From Octopus bimaculoides (taxonomy: Eukaryota), in NCBI RefSeq assembly GCF_001194135.2, contig NC_069006.1, positions 9,223,244 to 9,287,243 on the forward strand: DNA of 64,000 nt, written 5' to 3'. Positions 13,966 to 26,734 of this stretch are shown here, piece by piece; within the stretch, counting starts at the first letter, position 1, and every line of letters begins with the position of its first letter. The position numbers and the translations under genes were made by a program. The notes beneath the pieces are model-generated. The model had not been told where the DNA came from. It did no database searches and saw only the letters and a program-made list of their open reading frames with translations.

Positions 13966-14539
13966 GAAGTTACTTGCCCAAGGTGCCATGCAGGAGGACT
14001 GAACCAGAAGCCACACGGTTGAGAAGTGACTTCTAAACCACACAGTCATGCCTGTGCCTATCGTCTTAAAAACAAAAGAACATTGGATTATGTAGTCCAA
14101 GATACATTTGGATAAATAAAAAGAAAATCTAGGATGATCATAGGTGGGCCACCTTTGATTAGAGGCATGTTCAATCAGGATTGATCTCGGGTTAAATAGT
14201 AACAACAACGACAATAAAAACTGTACTGAATCATGCACCTATTTGCCCTGGTTTAGTACTTTTAACTCTCAGAGGTGAAGAAACAATCATTCTTTCTGGA
14301 GGTAAATATCTAATCTAGTTGTTTTGTTCAGTGCCAAGTGGTTTTGGCAGAACGACAGCTTTGGTTTTAAGATATTAGAAGGATTAAGTCTTATCTTCTG
14401 CTGCGTTTCATTGTCACCTTGTTTCTTTTACTGTACACTCATTAACTTCCAAGTCTGCCTAATGTAGAAATAAATCTCTTATTGTACTATAAAAAAAAAA
14501 TCACTTGGTGACTGACATATGTAACAGGCAGATTCATCA

Positions 14540-15125
14540 TCATCATCATCACCATTTCACGTCCGCTTTCCATGCTGGCATGGGTTGGATGGTTTGACTG
14601 AGGTCTGGAGAGCCAGAAGGCTGCACCAGGCTCCAATCTGATCTGGCAATGTTTTTACAGCTGGATGCCCTTCCTAACGCCAACCACCCTGAGAGTGTAA
14701 TGAGTGCTTTTTACGTGCCACCTGCACAGGAGCCAGTCAGGCGGGCCTGGCATTGATCATGTTTAGATAGTACTTTTTATGTGCCACCAGCACAGGCCAA
14801 TCAGAGGGTACTAGCATTGGCCACATACAGATGGTCTTTTTATGTGCCACCGGCATGGGAGCCAGTCAGGCGGACCTGGCATCAACCACATTTGGATGGT
14901 ACTTTTTACATGTCACAGGCATGGGAGCCAGTCTGGGGGTACTGGTATCAACCACGTTTGGCTGGTGCTTTTTACATGCCACTGGCATGGGAGCCAGTCA
15001 GGTGGATCTGGCATCGACCACGTTTGGATGGTGCTTTTTATGTGCCACCAGCACAGGAGCCAGTCAAGAGGAACTGGCCACAGCTACGACATTGGTTTTA
15101 CTTGACTCAACCAGTCTTCTCAAGC
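14540..15125 (-). mobile_element. 5'-truncated copy of the same RTE 3' end with about 6 x 66-bp units
   Basis: catcatcat tail, conserved ttccatgctggcatgggttgg...ctggatgcccttcctaacgccaaccac domain, 66-bp tandem units, ending in ccagtcttctcaagc (reverse complement of the ORF2-terminal VLEKT codons). Confidence 0.85.
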
Positions 15126-16256
15126 GTATATCTTATATAAGTGTCGATGCCTCACACAATTATATTTGTGCATGGCATCATGTATGCCTGATTTTTGCCA
15201 ATGATTTTTGTTTTCTTTTACATTTTCAACTTTGAATTATTCTGAAGATTTTGTATTACAACAACTGGTTCTTACTGTTTTAGAAACTCTTTATGGTTCA
15301 GTTTTAAGGAAATGGCTTTCCCAAAGCAGAGAATAAATGTTATTTGAATTTTGAACCTTTTTAAAATAGAAGAAATTAAAAAATTGAAAATTTTCCAGTG
15401 CTCCTTAACCCTTTAGCATTTAAACCAGCCATGTCTGGCTCAAATATTCTACCTTTTTTTATATTCCAATTAGCCACGTCTGACCCAAATAAGTTATGAG
15501 GTTGAAAATTTCAGAAAATATTTCTTTCCTGAAAATAAACAAATGGTAAAAATTTGAGAAGGATTTGAGAACATAGCCAATAGTATTCTATTGAATTTGA
15601 CTGGAATGACTCATGGAAAGGCAAAGGGAATTTTGAAGCATTTGGGCTTTTCCCCATTAGCTTTAATAGCTTATAGCTCAATCATTACTCACATGCCAGT
15701 ATGACCTAGTGGCTTATACCATGCTTTCACTAATTGTTTTTAGGTGCCTGTGTAGTTACGAGCAGATCTAGACACTTTCTCAACCCTCCAGCACTTGAGC
15801 TGGAAGGAGCAAGAAGCTGGTCCCCATTCACAGCTGAATGCAATTAAGTAGTATGAAATGATGCTCAAAGGATGCAACATACCACCCGATCCAGGAATTG
15901 AAATAGAGCCTTATGATTGTGAGATCAACACTTTAACCACTAGTCTGTGCATCTTTAGAAATATAAAGGGAGACATGGTAGCTAACTCGAATCAAACCCA
16001 AGTAATTTAGGGGTGAGTTGCGGAAATGTTTCTGGGAGCTGATAATTTATAAAGTGAAATACATTCATACCTTGTTTATTGAAAATAACATATCAATATT
16101 AAAAGAAAATGTTTTTTTAATTCAAGAGGGAAGGCACCATCTATGACCCTTTATAGAGTCTCAAACACTAAAGGAGGCTGTTGAATCTCATTCAAAAGAT
16201 ACTTTCTTATCTTTTAAACAGCACATATGTCTACATCTATGTGTGTATATCTATAT

Positions 16257-16562
16257 CAGTGCTGTGGAATCGGAGTGGGAAACAATTAAGGGGTAGCTGG
16301 AGTCAGAGTCAGTAAAACTATATCAACTCTGACTCACAATATCTTTATTCTTTAATATAAACCAGTTGTAAGATAGGGGCCGACTCAAAGTGCAAGCGTA
16401 TGCATATGCTTTATGAGATATGTAGAAGACCACAATCACTTAATTACATAAAGAGGAGTCTGAGTTGGAAGTGCCAATAGTACAGGAGTCAGAGTCAGAG
16501 GTGCAAATAGTACAGGAGTCAGAGTCGGAGTCGAAGTTTTTTGTTTCAATTCCACAGCCCTG
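16257..16562. mobile_element. hAT-type MITE, cagggctgtggagtcgg family (longest copy)
   Basis: TIR cagtgctgtggaatcgg / tccacagccctg; internal gagtcggagtc repeats; flanks atctatat / gtatatat (6/8). Confidence 0.8.
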
Positions 16563-17133
16563 GTATATATTATATCTTTTGCCTTTCACTCATTTCAGCC
16601 ACTAGACTGTGTCCATGCTGGGGCACTGCCTTGAAGAATTTTTGGTCGAATGTATCAACCCCAGTACTCATTTTTTTTTTTTTTTGAAGCCTGGTATTTA
16701 TTCTGTTATGCCCTTTTGCCAAACTACTAAGCTATGGGGATGTAAACAGGCCAACACTGGTTGTCAAATAGTAGTTGGGAACAAACAAAGACACAGACAG
16801 TTGAACCGATCATCGGAACAGCCTACTTGTGAAATTAACATGCAAGTGGCTGAGCACTCCACAGACATGTGTACCCTTGACGTAGTTCTCAGAGAGATTC
16901 AGCATGACACAGAAAGTGACAAGGCTGGCCCCCTTTGAATTACAGGTACAAACTCATTTCCTGCAGCAACAGGAAATAAAGTGTCTTGCTCAAGGACACA
17001 AGGTGTCACCAGAAATTGAACTTGTGACTTTATGATTAAGGGTCAAATACCCTAACCACTTAGCCACATGCCTTCACACGTTACATGACGATGATAATGA
17101 CGACGACACAGACAGAGAAATAAATGATAGAAT

Positions 17134-17351
17134 CTTTTCTATTCTAGGCACAAGACCCGAAATTTTTGGGTAGGGGGCCAGTCGATTAGATCGATCCCAG
17201 TACACAACTGGTACTTAATTTATCAACCCCGAAAGGATGAAAGGCAAATTTGACCTCAGCGGAATTTGAACTCAGAACGTAAAGACAGACGAAATACCTA
17301 CCACTAAGCATTTCACCTGGCATGCTAATGATTCTGCCAGTTCGCCACCTT
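17134..17351 (-). mobile_element. Second tRNA-derived SINE family (ggcggcgagctggcagaatc head) with target-site duplication
   Basis: A-box tggcagaatc and B-box gagttcaaattc on the minus strand. Flanks aaataaatgatagaat (17118-17133) and aaataaagaatagaat (17352-17367) match 14/16. Other copies at about 2420-2625, 22940-23350 (two), 42888-43090, 43440-43645, 46770-46975 and 61545-61770. Confidence 0.85.
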
Positions 17352-18954
17352 AAATAAAGAATAGAATATATACTGCATAATTATTTCTCTTAAAGGCGTT
17401 TTTGGTTGAGTTAATGCAGATATCTGAATTATTGTTTTATCTCTTGTTTTTCTTGTCTGAATAGTTTCCATTCATCATTGAAAAAAAGGAAAGGGCCTAT
17501 GTGCACATGTTGGAATAGGGCACCTGAAGGCAATCAGGGAATAAAACAGTTAATATGTCATAGAAAAAAAATGAGGATTGCTGAAAGGAGAAGATGAAGT
17601 AATAATTTGAAAATGTGAGATTGTTGTAAGACTGTTATATAAATCTAGGTTAAGATTGTTATATAAATCACAGTGTGTTATGGAAACGTAGATGCAATGT
17701 GTCTGCTCACAAATATATACATACATGCATGCAGTAAGTTCTCTGTACGTGTTTGTGTGAGTGTATGTGTGTGTGTAAGCAAAACAGTTGCTAAATTAAG
17801 AAGCAATCCTAATGAAGGGTCGAGGTTCAAAAATAACTTCAATTACTTCGATTGAAAACTGGTTGTTAATTCGAAAGTTTGTTATTGCAACCTATTCTGT
17901 GTTTGTTTAAAACATTATAACAAACAAACAACACCAAACACACAGTGTTTCACAAATATATATGTGTGTGCGTGTGTGTTATTTGTGGTGATGGGTGGCG
18001 GATGGGGCTGTGTATTAATGTATGTATTTAATTTCTATCCCTCAATTTATTTTGATAAGTTTCAACAACAGACTTAGCTAACTTCTGCTGACCACCACCA
18101 ACACCAACACTACCACCATCACCAATACTTTACCACCACCACAATCACTGAGATCACCAGTACCACTAACATCTCTACCAACCACCACCACTATCATCAT
18201 CATCCCTGCCATCTCTAATACCACCACCACCACCACCACTACCATGATGATCATCCCACTCACTCTTCATCATATCATCAACACTAAAGAAAGCTAAATA
18301 AATCTCAACCAAAACACAGCCCAGGGTTTCTTTCTCTTCCTTTTTTTCCTAATCAACTCCCTGAGAGAATCTATTTCTATCCAATCTCTCTGTCTCTTCA
18401 ACTGGACATCATCAACATCACCTTCAGCATCATCACCATCATCACCACCATCGTCAACATCATCGGCATCACCAACATCATCAGCGTCACCAGCATCATC
18501 AACATCACATTGTTTACACGGTTATCAATTGATAAAGACCCCACCCCCTGTCACCTTGTATCTTATTTATATACCAGTTTGATCAAGCCTACTAAAAACA
18601 GAAATTAGTAATGGGACAGTAACACTTATTTATTTCTTTTACTTTCCCGGTCATTGGCTTTTTTCTTTTTCCTTTTGGGTGGGGGAGAGCTTTTTTTTTT
18701 TTTTTTTTTTTGCTTTCTGTTTTATGTTTCTTGTACTTTACTTTCCTATGACATTAGTCGCTCGACTTGAACGTGCAATTCTTGTGTTGGCGTGCATTCT
18801 CTGAAAATACATTCATCATATATATATATGTTGTAAGTGCACTTAATATTTCTTTGAATGTGTAAATGTTTTTAGATTAGTTTAGAGACAGACGCTGTTG
18901 TATAACAATGTGTATGATCTTAGGGGTCTTAGCAGTCACATTTTTTTCTGTCAT

Positions 18955-19049
18955 TCCATGTATGTATGTAGATAGATAGATAGAAAGATAGATAAACAGA
19001 GAGAGAGATAAATAGATAGATAGATAGATGGATCAATAGACAAACAGAG

Positions 19050-19085
<36 letters not shown>

Positions 19086-19280
19086 GGACAAACAGATAGA
19101 TAGACAGACAGGTAGGTAGGTAGATAGATAGATGGATGGATAGACAGGCAGACAGACAGATAAATGATATGTGGGTAACTTGAAAAATTTATGTGTAGAT
19201 ATGCATGTACGTGTACATACTCACAGAAATTAATGTATGTGTATATATTTGATATGTAGATAGATAGATAGATAGATATA
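18955..19280. repeat. (GATA/GACA)n tetranucleotide microsatellite field
   Basis: Directly visible. Confidence 0.95.
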
Positions 19281-19662
19281 CATGTGTTTATGTCCTCATA
19301 GTGACATTGCATAACTTCTCTAAAGTTAACGATATGAAATTGAATTTAATTAAATATTGACTTGAAATTAACGTGATATTTAACAGATCTAGAATTTTGG
19401 GTAAATTTTTATAATTATTTTGAAGTTATAAAATAATTTGAATTTATTTTATTAATCAAATTTTATTACCATATGCAAATATGCACAAACTCCTCTTCAA
19501 ACACACACACACACACTCCATAGAGACATACATTGCCATAATATAATTTAAACATAAATTAATTATTAATTATTACACACTAAATTTAGGTCTGTATAAA
19601 TATATTTATATAATTTTGTTAGCTATTTTAAATGCTACTTCTGTTAACTATTGTTGTTGTTG

Positions 19663-19703
<41 letters not shown>

Positions 19704-21417
19704 TAATTCCAATCTCTACTGCCATTAAATTATAATTAAATTACATTCTTATGTGGTTTCTAACGTTGAAAGTTTTACAGTTCTGTTTAAATTAATTTTA
19801 TAAGCCTTTTTTTTAGTTTGTTTATTTATTTATTTACCAGTCGTGGGATTGTTATTTTATTTGTTTGTTTGCTGTTGTTTTGTAAATATTTGAGAAGAGA
19901 CATTGGCTTCATTTGACTCTCTATTTTTTTTTCTTTTAACTCTTTGGCATTCAGATTCCTCTGTCAAATGTAATAACACTTGTTTAGTCACTTTGCTTTT
20001 AATTATTCATGTGTTATCTGGTAGCTTTGAGATTTCGATGATGTGATTTGTAGGGTAGGTGTGGGGAAACCAGATCTGGCTAGTTTGAACATAAAAAAAG
20101 GCAAAATATTTGTGCCACATGTGGCCTGTTTAAATACTGAAGGGCCAATGCCCACTTTTCTATGCTTCCCCATAGGTCAGATGGAATTTGTCGAGGCAGA
20201 TTTATTATGGCCAGATGCCCTTCCTATCACCAACCCTCACTCTTTCCAAATTTGGTCATATTTCCCCATCACCAGACAGGTTTTTCCTGGAAGAAGATTG
20301 GAAATGAAGGACATTGCTTGGATGACAGCAATGCTCACTTCCAACCATCTTGTGATATCAGCATAAGCATACACACAAACACACACACACATGCATGTAC
20401 ATGTATATACAAAAGGTTTCTTTCAATTTCTGTTTATTGAATCAACTTACAATGTTTTGAGTAGCCTGAGGTTATTGTAGGAGATACTTGCCCAAGGTGC
20501 TGTACAGTGGATCTGAACCCCAAACCCCATGGTTGGGAAGCAGTCTTTTAAACCACACGGTCATCTGTACACCTATCAATCGGATTGTATTGGACCGCCT
20601 ATGTTCAGTCCACTGCAGGACGAAGACCTCAGCATGTTCTCTCCACCAACCACAGTCTGATGTGATGGCCATGAATTTGAGCTTGAGATCCTACTGGTTT
20701 GATGAGCCTACTCTGCCACACTGACTTGACATGGCTTCGCAGAATAACTATGTATAATTCTATGTTAAAATCTTTGATACCTTACTTGGGTTTGTCATTG
20801 GTTTTGTTGATGTCTGAAAAATATAGAAATATAAAAATGAAAAAAATGAAACTCACCTACTGAAATGTTATGTGGGTGGGTTGGTCAGTTTGTTGGAATA
20901 TGTGTTGCATATTTAATGGACCCTCTTTTTTATATTTACCTTCCTGTAACTTGAGGGTACACCCTGACACCTCTTCACCACCATTATCGCTCCTTTTTCA
21001 TATCCATGTTTCTTCTCTACTGCAAGGCACCTGTTTCTGTCCCTCTATCATACTTTAATCTCTCATCACCTGGCATAAAAGCCATCACCCTCAACATTAC
21101 ATTCCCTGACTCAGAGGAGGGGTTCTTGTCTAGTAAGTTACTTGGTGAGGTGACCTTACTTGTACTAGTGCCATGTAAAAAGCACCCTGTACACTCTGTG
21201 AAGTGGTTAGCATTTGGAAGGGCATCCATAGAAGCCATAATAAAGCTGACATTTGAGCTTGGCACAGTCCTCTGGTTCATTGTCTCTTATCAAACCATCC
21301 AACCGTGCATGAAAAACAGAAATTAAATGATGCTAACGATGACAGCAATGGCGGCTCTTGTGGCAGCAAAAGGCAGATCTAAAACAGATCTGCCAAGAAA
21401 CTCATATCTGTCTAAAG

Positions 21418-21663
21418 CAGTGATTCCCAACCAAGGTTCACATGGCCCTTGGGGGTCCATGTAAGATTTTCTGGCTAAAATTTATGTGCAATAGAATTGG
21501 TTATACTTCTACAATACACAAAATGTTTTAACACAATCCCTAAAAATATTTAACTATAAAAATATAATGGGATTTAAAAAAAAAAAACATCGAATAGCTA
21601 TGAGGGTCCACCTAAGTAAAATAAGAACCAAAGGGAGGGATGATAAATGGTCAAGAACCACAG
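21418..21663. mobile_element. Charlie-like hAT MITE
   Basis: cagtgattcccaacc ... ggtcaagaaccacag; flanks gtctaaag / gtctgaac (6/8); homologous to 26370-26654. Confidence 0.7.
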
Positions 21664-21893
21664 GTCTGAACACTGCAGTATTGTATGATATGGATATTAA
21701 ATATGCAGGTTTGTGGTAATTAGAGAGAAATAAGTCTAATCTGTTGAATGTAACGAGTGAAAGATTTGTCTGATGGGAGCAAGAGGCAAAAGCACAAATG
21801 AGTTGAAAAGGGACTGGTTGAGCATGAAAGGTATTTGATGAATTTATTTTGCAAGAATTTGGGTCTGTGTGTTGGAAGCGATATTGTTATATT

Positions 21894-22025
21894 CAGGGCT
21901 GCAGAGTCATGGAGTTGGAAACAATTAAGGGGTAGCTGGAGTCGGAGTCGGTATAAGAGACCACAATTACTTAATTACATAGAGGAGTCGGAGTCAAAGT
22001 TCTTTGTTTCAACTTGACAGCCCTG
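21894..22025. mobile_element. hAT-type MITE, same family, perfect 8-bp TSD
   Basis: gttatatt at both 21886-21893 and 22026-22033. Confidence 0.9.
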
Positions 22026-22334
22026 GTTATATTTCAGAAGGTTGTCATGTTAACCGGTTGTTGTTTGTCTATATTTCTCACACATTCCCTTTGAGAAGGC
22101 CACTGGCTCATCATCTTCCTTTTAACATTCATTTTTCCATGTTTGCATGAGTCGGGCGGAATTTATTGAGGCAGATTTTCTATGGCCAGATGCTTCAGCT
22201 GTCACCAACCCTCACCTGTTTGTAAGGTAATGTTCTCCATGACAAGACATGTTTTCATGGAAGATTGGAAATGACAGACACTGACTATATGATAGGAACA
22301 CTCATTTACAACTGTCACACAAATTCAAATTGCA

Positions 22335-22373
<39 letters not shown>

Positions 22374-22766
22374 CACAATAGATTTCTTTTGGTTAGCCTT
22401 TACCATTCACAGGGCTTTGATGGGCCTGGGACTAAAGTAGAAGATACTTGCTTAAAGTGCCATACAGTGGCACTGAACCTGAAACTATGTAGTTGGGAAA
22501 CAAACTTATTACCACACGGCCTAGGGTCATGAAAAATATTTTAGGAAAAAAACTATTGACAAGCACCAACTGGTATTTTCTTTTACTTGTTTCAGTCATT
22601 TGACTGTGGCCATGCTAGAGCACTGCCTTTTGTCAAACAAATCGACCCCAGGACTTATTCTTTCTAAGCCTAGTACTTATTCTATCGGTCTCTGTTGCCG
22701 AACTGCTAATTTACAGGGATGTAAACACACCAACATTAGTTGTCAAGTGATGTTGGGAGGACAAAC

Positions 22767-22798
<32 letters not shown>

Positions 22799-22801
22799 GT
22801 C

Positions 22802-22847
<46 letters not shown>

Positions 22848-25104
22848 NNNNNNNNNNNNNNNNNNNNNNNNNNNNNNNNNNNNNNNNNNNNNNNNNNNNN
22901 NNNNNNNNNNNNNNNNNNNNNNNCGGGCTTCTTTCAGTTTCTGGAGGAGGTAAGACGATTACTTTGACCCCAGTATGCAACTGGTACTTGTTTTATTGAC
23001 CTAGAAAGGATGAAAGACTAAACCAACCTCAGCAGAATTTGAACCCAGAACGGAAAAAAACGGACGAAACACTGCTAAGCATTTTCCCCAGCATGCAAAC
23101 TATTTCTGCCAGCTCACTGCCTCATAAATAATCGTTTCTACTCTAGGTACAAGGCCTGAAATTTGGTGGGGGTGGGGTTAAGTCGATTACATCAACCCTC
23201 AGTACACAACTGGTACTTATTTCATTGACCCCGAAAGGATGAAAGGCAAAGTCGGCCTCGGTGGAATTTGAACTAAGAACGTAAAGACAGACGAAATACC
23301 GCCAAGTATTTTGCCTGGCGTGCTAACGATTCTGACAGCTCACCACCTTATAAATAATAAACACAAAACTTCACACAGACTCACATGTTTGTTACAAAGA
23401 TGTAAACAAACCAACACCAGTTGTCAAGTTATGGTTGTGATGGCTGGATGATAAACAAAGCATAAAGACACACACACACACAACAGGCTTCCACACAGTT
23501 TCTGTCTACCAAATTCATCCACAAGTCATTGGTCCTTCTAGGGCTATAGTACAAGAGACTTTACAAAATATACAAATACTTGTAACATAATAGCTTCTAT
23601 CTTATAGAAGGGACAGTTAGTTATCATTAAGCTAGTTTTAGGAACATTAATTGTGACTAAGGTTTGCTGGAAGATTTTAATTCAAAACTTTTGAAAACAA
23701 GACATTTGTACTCAGAGCCAGAGGCAGTTTCAGCTGGCTTGGTATTGAAGTGATAATTTTCACCCTACCATTTTCCTCAAACCTACAAAGTTAGGGCTTT
23801 GTTACCAGTTTTCTTTTTTGTCTTTTTTTTTATGAATGTCGAGAGCAAAGTCAGACATGCTGAAGGATTTTTTTATTCATTTTTTTTTTTAGTTCTACAA
23901 TCTTTTTTTTCTTTTATTCACACTCATACAGGTGAGAAGCCTTCTAAGAAATCTATAAAAACTTATCTTAAAGAATAATGCCAAATCTATAAAACAGTTA
24001 TTTTTTTATGCATTTTATTAAGAGACTCATTACATTATAAAAGCTAACCAAAAATTGCAAAGTAGGTGTAGGAGGACTTCTTATGGCAAGGAGAAGGATC
24101 TGACCCTTGTTGAGATGCATGGCACAAGTTTTAGTAAATTTTGTACACCTTTTTTTTTCTTTTCTTTTTAACTTTTCCTGTCTTGCAAAGGTACTTGTTG
24201 ACCTCACTTGCACCCATGGTATGAGAAAAGCACCAAGTACATATGTAAAGTGGTTGGTGTTAGGAAGGGCATCCAACCATAAAAATCATGTCAAAGCAGA
24301 CACAGTCCTGCAGCTTGCTGGGGTCTTGTCAAAAAGTCCAACTCATGCCAGCATGGAAAACAGATGTTCAATGATGATGGCTATTCAATGTAGCAATACG
24401 AACAATATGGAAAATTAGAGTTCTGTGAAATGTTATGCCAACTGTAATATTCCTAAATATCTATTTGAAAACTTCAAAGTCCCAAACTGCTGATAGTACT
24501 CAAAATTATATTTAACATTTATTGTAGCACTTAATAACAGCAATTTTTGGCAAAATTTGAACGACATAACTTAATATTACCCCCCAGTATGTTCAGCCAG
24601 CACTTGAAGTACAGGTTTGGTTTTTATCTTTCCTTCTTTCTTTAAAGTAAAGATTTAACGTACCCTCAGCCAAACCGAAAAGTACTTCACAGCAGTTCAC
24701 CCCCTGCAGATGTTTGAGAGTACTTAGTTGACTGAAGAACTAGAAAAAGCTATTGGCATAGAACTCTTTTCATGTACATGAAAGTGGGGTGGATCTTTTC
24801 ACCACTTGAGACTTCAGAATGGATGTAACGCTTCAAGTAGTTTGATGTCAAGAAATCATGTTTTGGTTTCATTCATGATAAATGTCTATTCTTAATTCTT
24901 GTCTTCAAGTGTAACCCTCAGTTGCTGAGTGATTGAGCTCAGCACCCTTCACGATTCCAACACATTGTCTGGCAACGGACAAACCTCATTAAAGCGAGTA
25001 TCAACATGTTAAACAATCTTATACACACCTTCATTTATTTGATTTGTATGTGTGTATGGGTGAGTGAATATTGGTGTGGAGGGGGCAGGGTTCATCAGAG
25101 CTAC

Positions 25105-25135
<31 letters not shown>

Positions 25136-25218
25136 AATATATGCAATAAGTTAGCTTATTAATACTGAAACAAAATAACAAAACAAACCACAACAACATT
25201 GAGCTGTTTTGAAACAAG

Positions 25219-25278
25219 ATGGATAACGAAGAAGAGATTAATCAAAATGATGAAACATCAGGAGATAAAGAAGTAAAT
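25219..25278 (+). CDS. Candidate alternative first coding exon of CROCC (MDNEEEINQNDETSGDKEVN)
   Basis: Kozak-like aacaagATGG, in-frame TGA at 25210-25212 just upstream, 20 acidic codons, then a consensus phase-0 donor gtaagc at 25279 compatible with the acceptor at 50731. Non-repeat sequence. No transcript evidence available. Confidence 0.5.
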
Positions 25279-25421
25279 GTAAGCTTCATCTGTCATTATC
25301 TCACCTACATTTTCATATATATAATATATATGTATGTTATTTGTGTGTGTGTGTGAATGTAGTTATATATTTATATATATATATATATTTGTATGTATGT
25401 GTATATATATGCATATGTATG

Positions 25422-25464
<43 letters not shown>

Positions 25465-26194
25465 ATAAATCCTAGTATATTTATCTGAGGTGTCTTTTTT
25501 ATATATATAATTTCACTGGAGGATGTTTAATACATTAATACCTTACACTGGAACAATGATTATATAATGTGGAAGTATGTGCATCCATACATGTATGTGC
25601 ACATGCACACGTGCACTTCTCCGTGCTTTTACATCTGGCAATTTCTTTTTACATCTTCGGGTTTTTACAAATTGGATATTTTCTTACAAACTCATGGAAT
25701 AAAATGTACAGAATCTGTTGTTTGTTGTTTCAATAACAGGTCAAGCAAAATAAGAAATAAAAAGTAAAATTAGAAATAACATCCATTTCAAGAGATTAGA
25801 CTGGGAGATGAAAATCCTTTGTTTATATCCCCATTACAATGTTTTATAAAAAATATAAATAAATAAAGACAAAACTGTAACTATATTTTCCAAACATTTC
25901 TTACCTCTTGGAAGTAAAACATTTTCCTCCATATTTTGATACGGTTGCTGTTGTTCATATTAATTAGCTGTATAATTTAAGAGATCTGAATCAAGACAAG
26001 ACTATGCAGTGTAAGAGAGTCATTCTATGCACTAACTGACACTTTCAGTTGTTATTAAGGTTCTGTCTAATCTGGTGTTATTATTATCGAACATGTTTGA
26101 TCCTATTTCTAAGGGTCTCCTAATACAAGATAAACAAAGGCTGTCTAAAATGGGGAGAAAAAAAGACAAAGAAAAAATATACGCTACTCTAGAC

Positions 26195-26361
26195 CAGTGC
26201 CCCACAACCCTTTTTTTCACTTGCAGTACACTTATATTCTGTTCAAAATTCAGTGGCACACCTGAACTAGAAATATAACTAAAAGTATAGGGGAAAAAAT
26301 GATATTCAGGTTACGCTGTGGCACACCTAGCATGCCTTAGCACACTGGTTGCAGAGCACTG
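26195..26361. mobile_element. Charlie/MER5-like hAT MITE
   Basis: TIR cagtgccccacaacc / ggttgcagagcactg; perfect TSD ctctagac at 26187-26194 and 26362-26369. Confidence 0.85.
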
Positions 26362-26369
26362 CTCTAGAC

Positions 26370-26654
26370 CAGCGGTTCTCAACCAGGGTATGTATAGCCC
26401 TTGAGGGTCCGTATAAGATTTTGATGTTAAAATTTATCTCCAATAAATTAGCTATACTTCTATAATGCATAAAATATTTTATTTCTTTTTATACAATTCC
26501 TAAGAATAATTTTTATATAATTCCTAATAATATTTAGTTATAAAAATACACTAGGATTTATATATATATATATGCATCAAATGGCTATGGAGGTCCAGGA
26601 GAGTAAAACAGGAATCAAAGAGATCCAGAGGCAAAAAAGGGTCAAGAATTACTG
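26370..26654. mobile_element. Second Charlie-like hAT MITE abutting the first
   Basis: Begins cagcggttctcaacc right after ctctagac and ends gggtcaagaattactg, followed by ccctaaac (6/8 to ctctagac). Confidence 0.75.
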
Positions 26655-26734
26655 CCCTAAACAAATAACAGTTGTGTTCTATAAGAAGAAAAAGAATTGT
26701 TGGTTTATGTGTCTTTTAGATATACTATGGCATG

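Noticed and set aside
14781-15235. Three overlapping ORFs with 22-aa repeats
   Set aside because: They are a by-product of a 66-bp stop-free tandem unit read antisense to a LINE 3' UTR. Equivalent ORFs recur at every copy (47454, 57176, 31739).
21372-21394. Perfect 9-bp stem hairpin ggcagatct-aaaac-agatctgcc
   Set aside because: It is short enough to occur by chance or as TE debris in 64 kb, with no supporting context.
24500-25020. Unique GC-richer block as a coding exon or nested gene
   Set aside because: The frames I translated on both strands hit stops within about 25 codons. It is retained only as possible promoter or UTR sequence for the 25219 exon.
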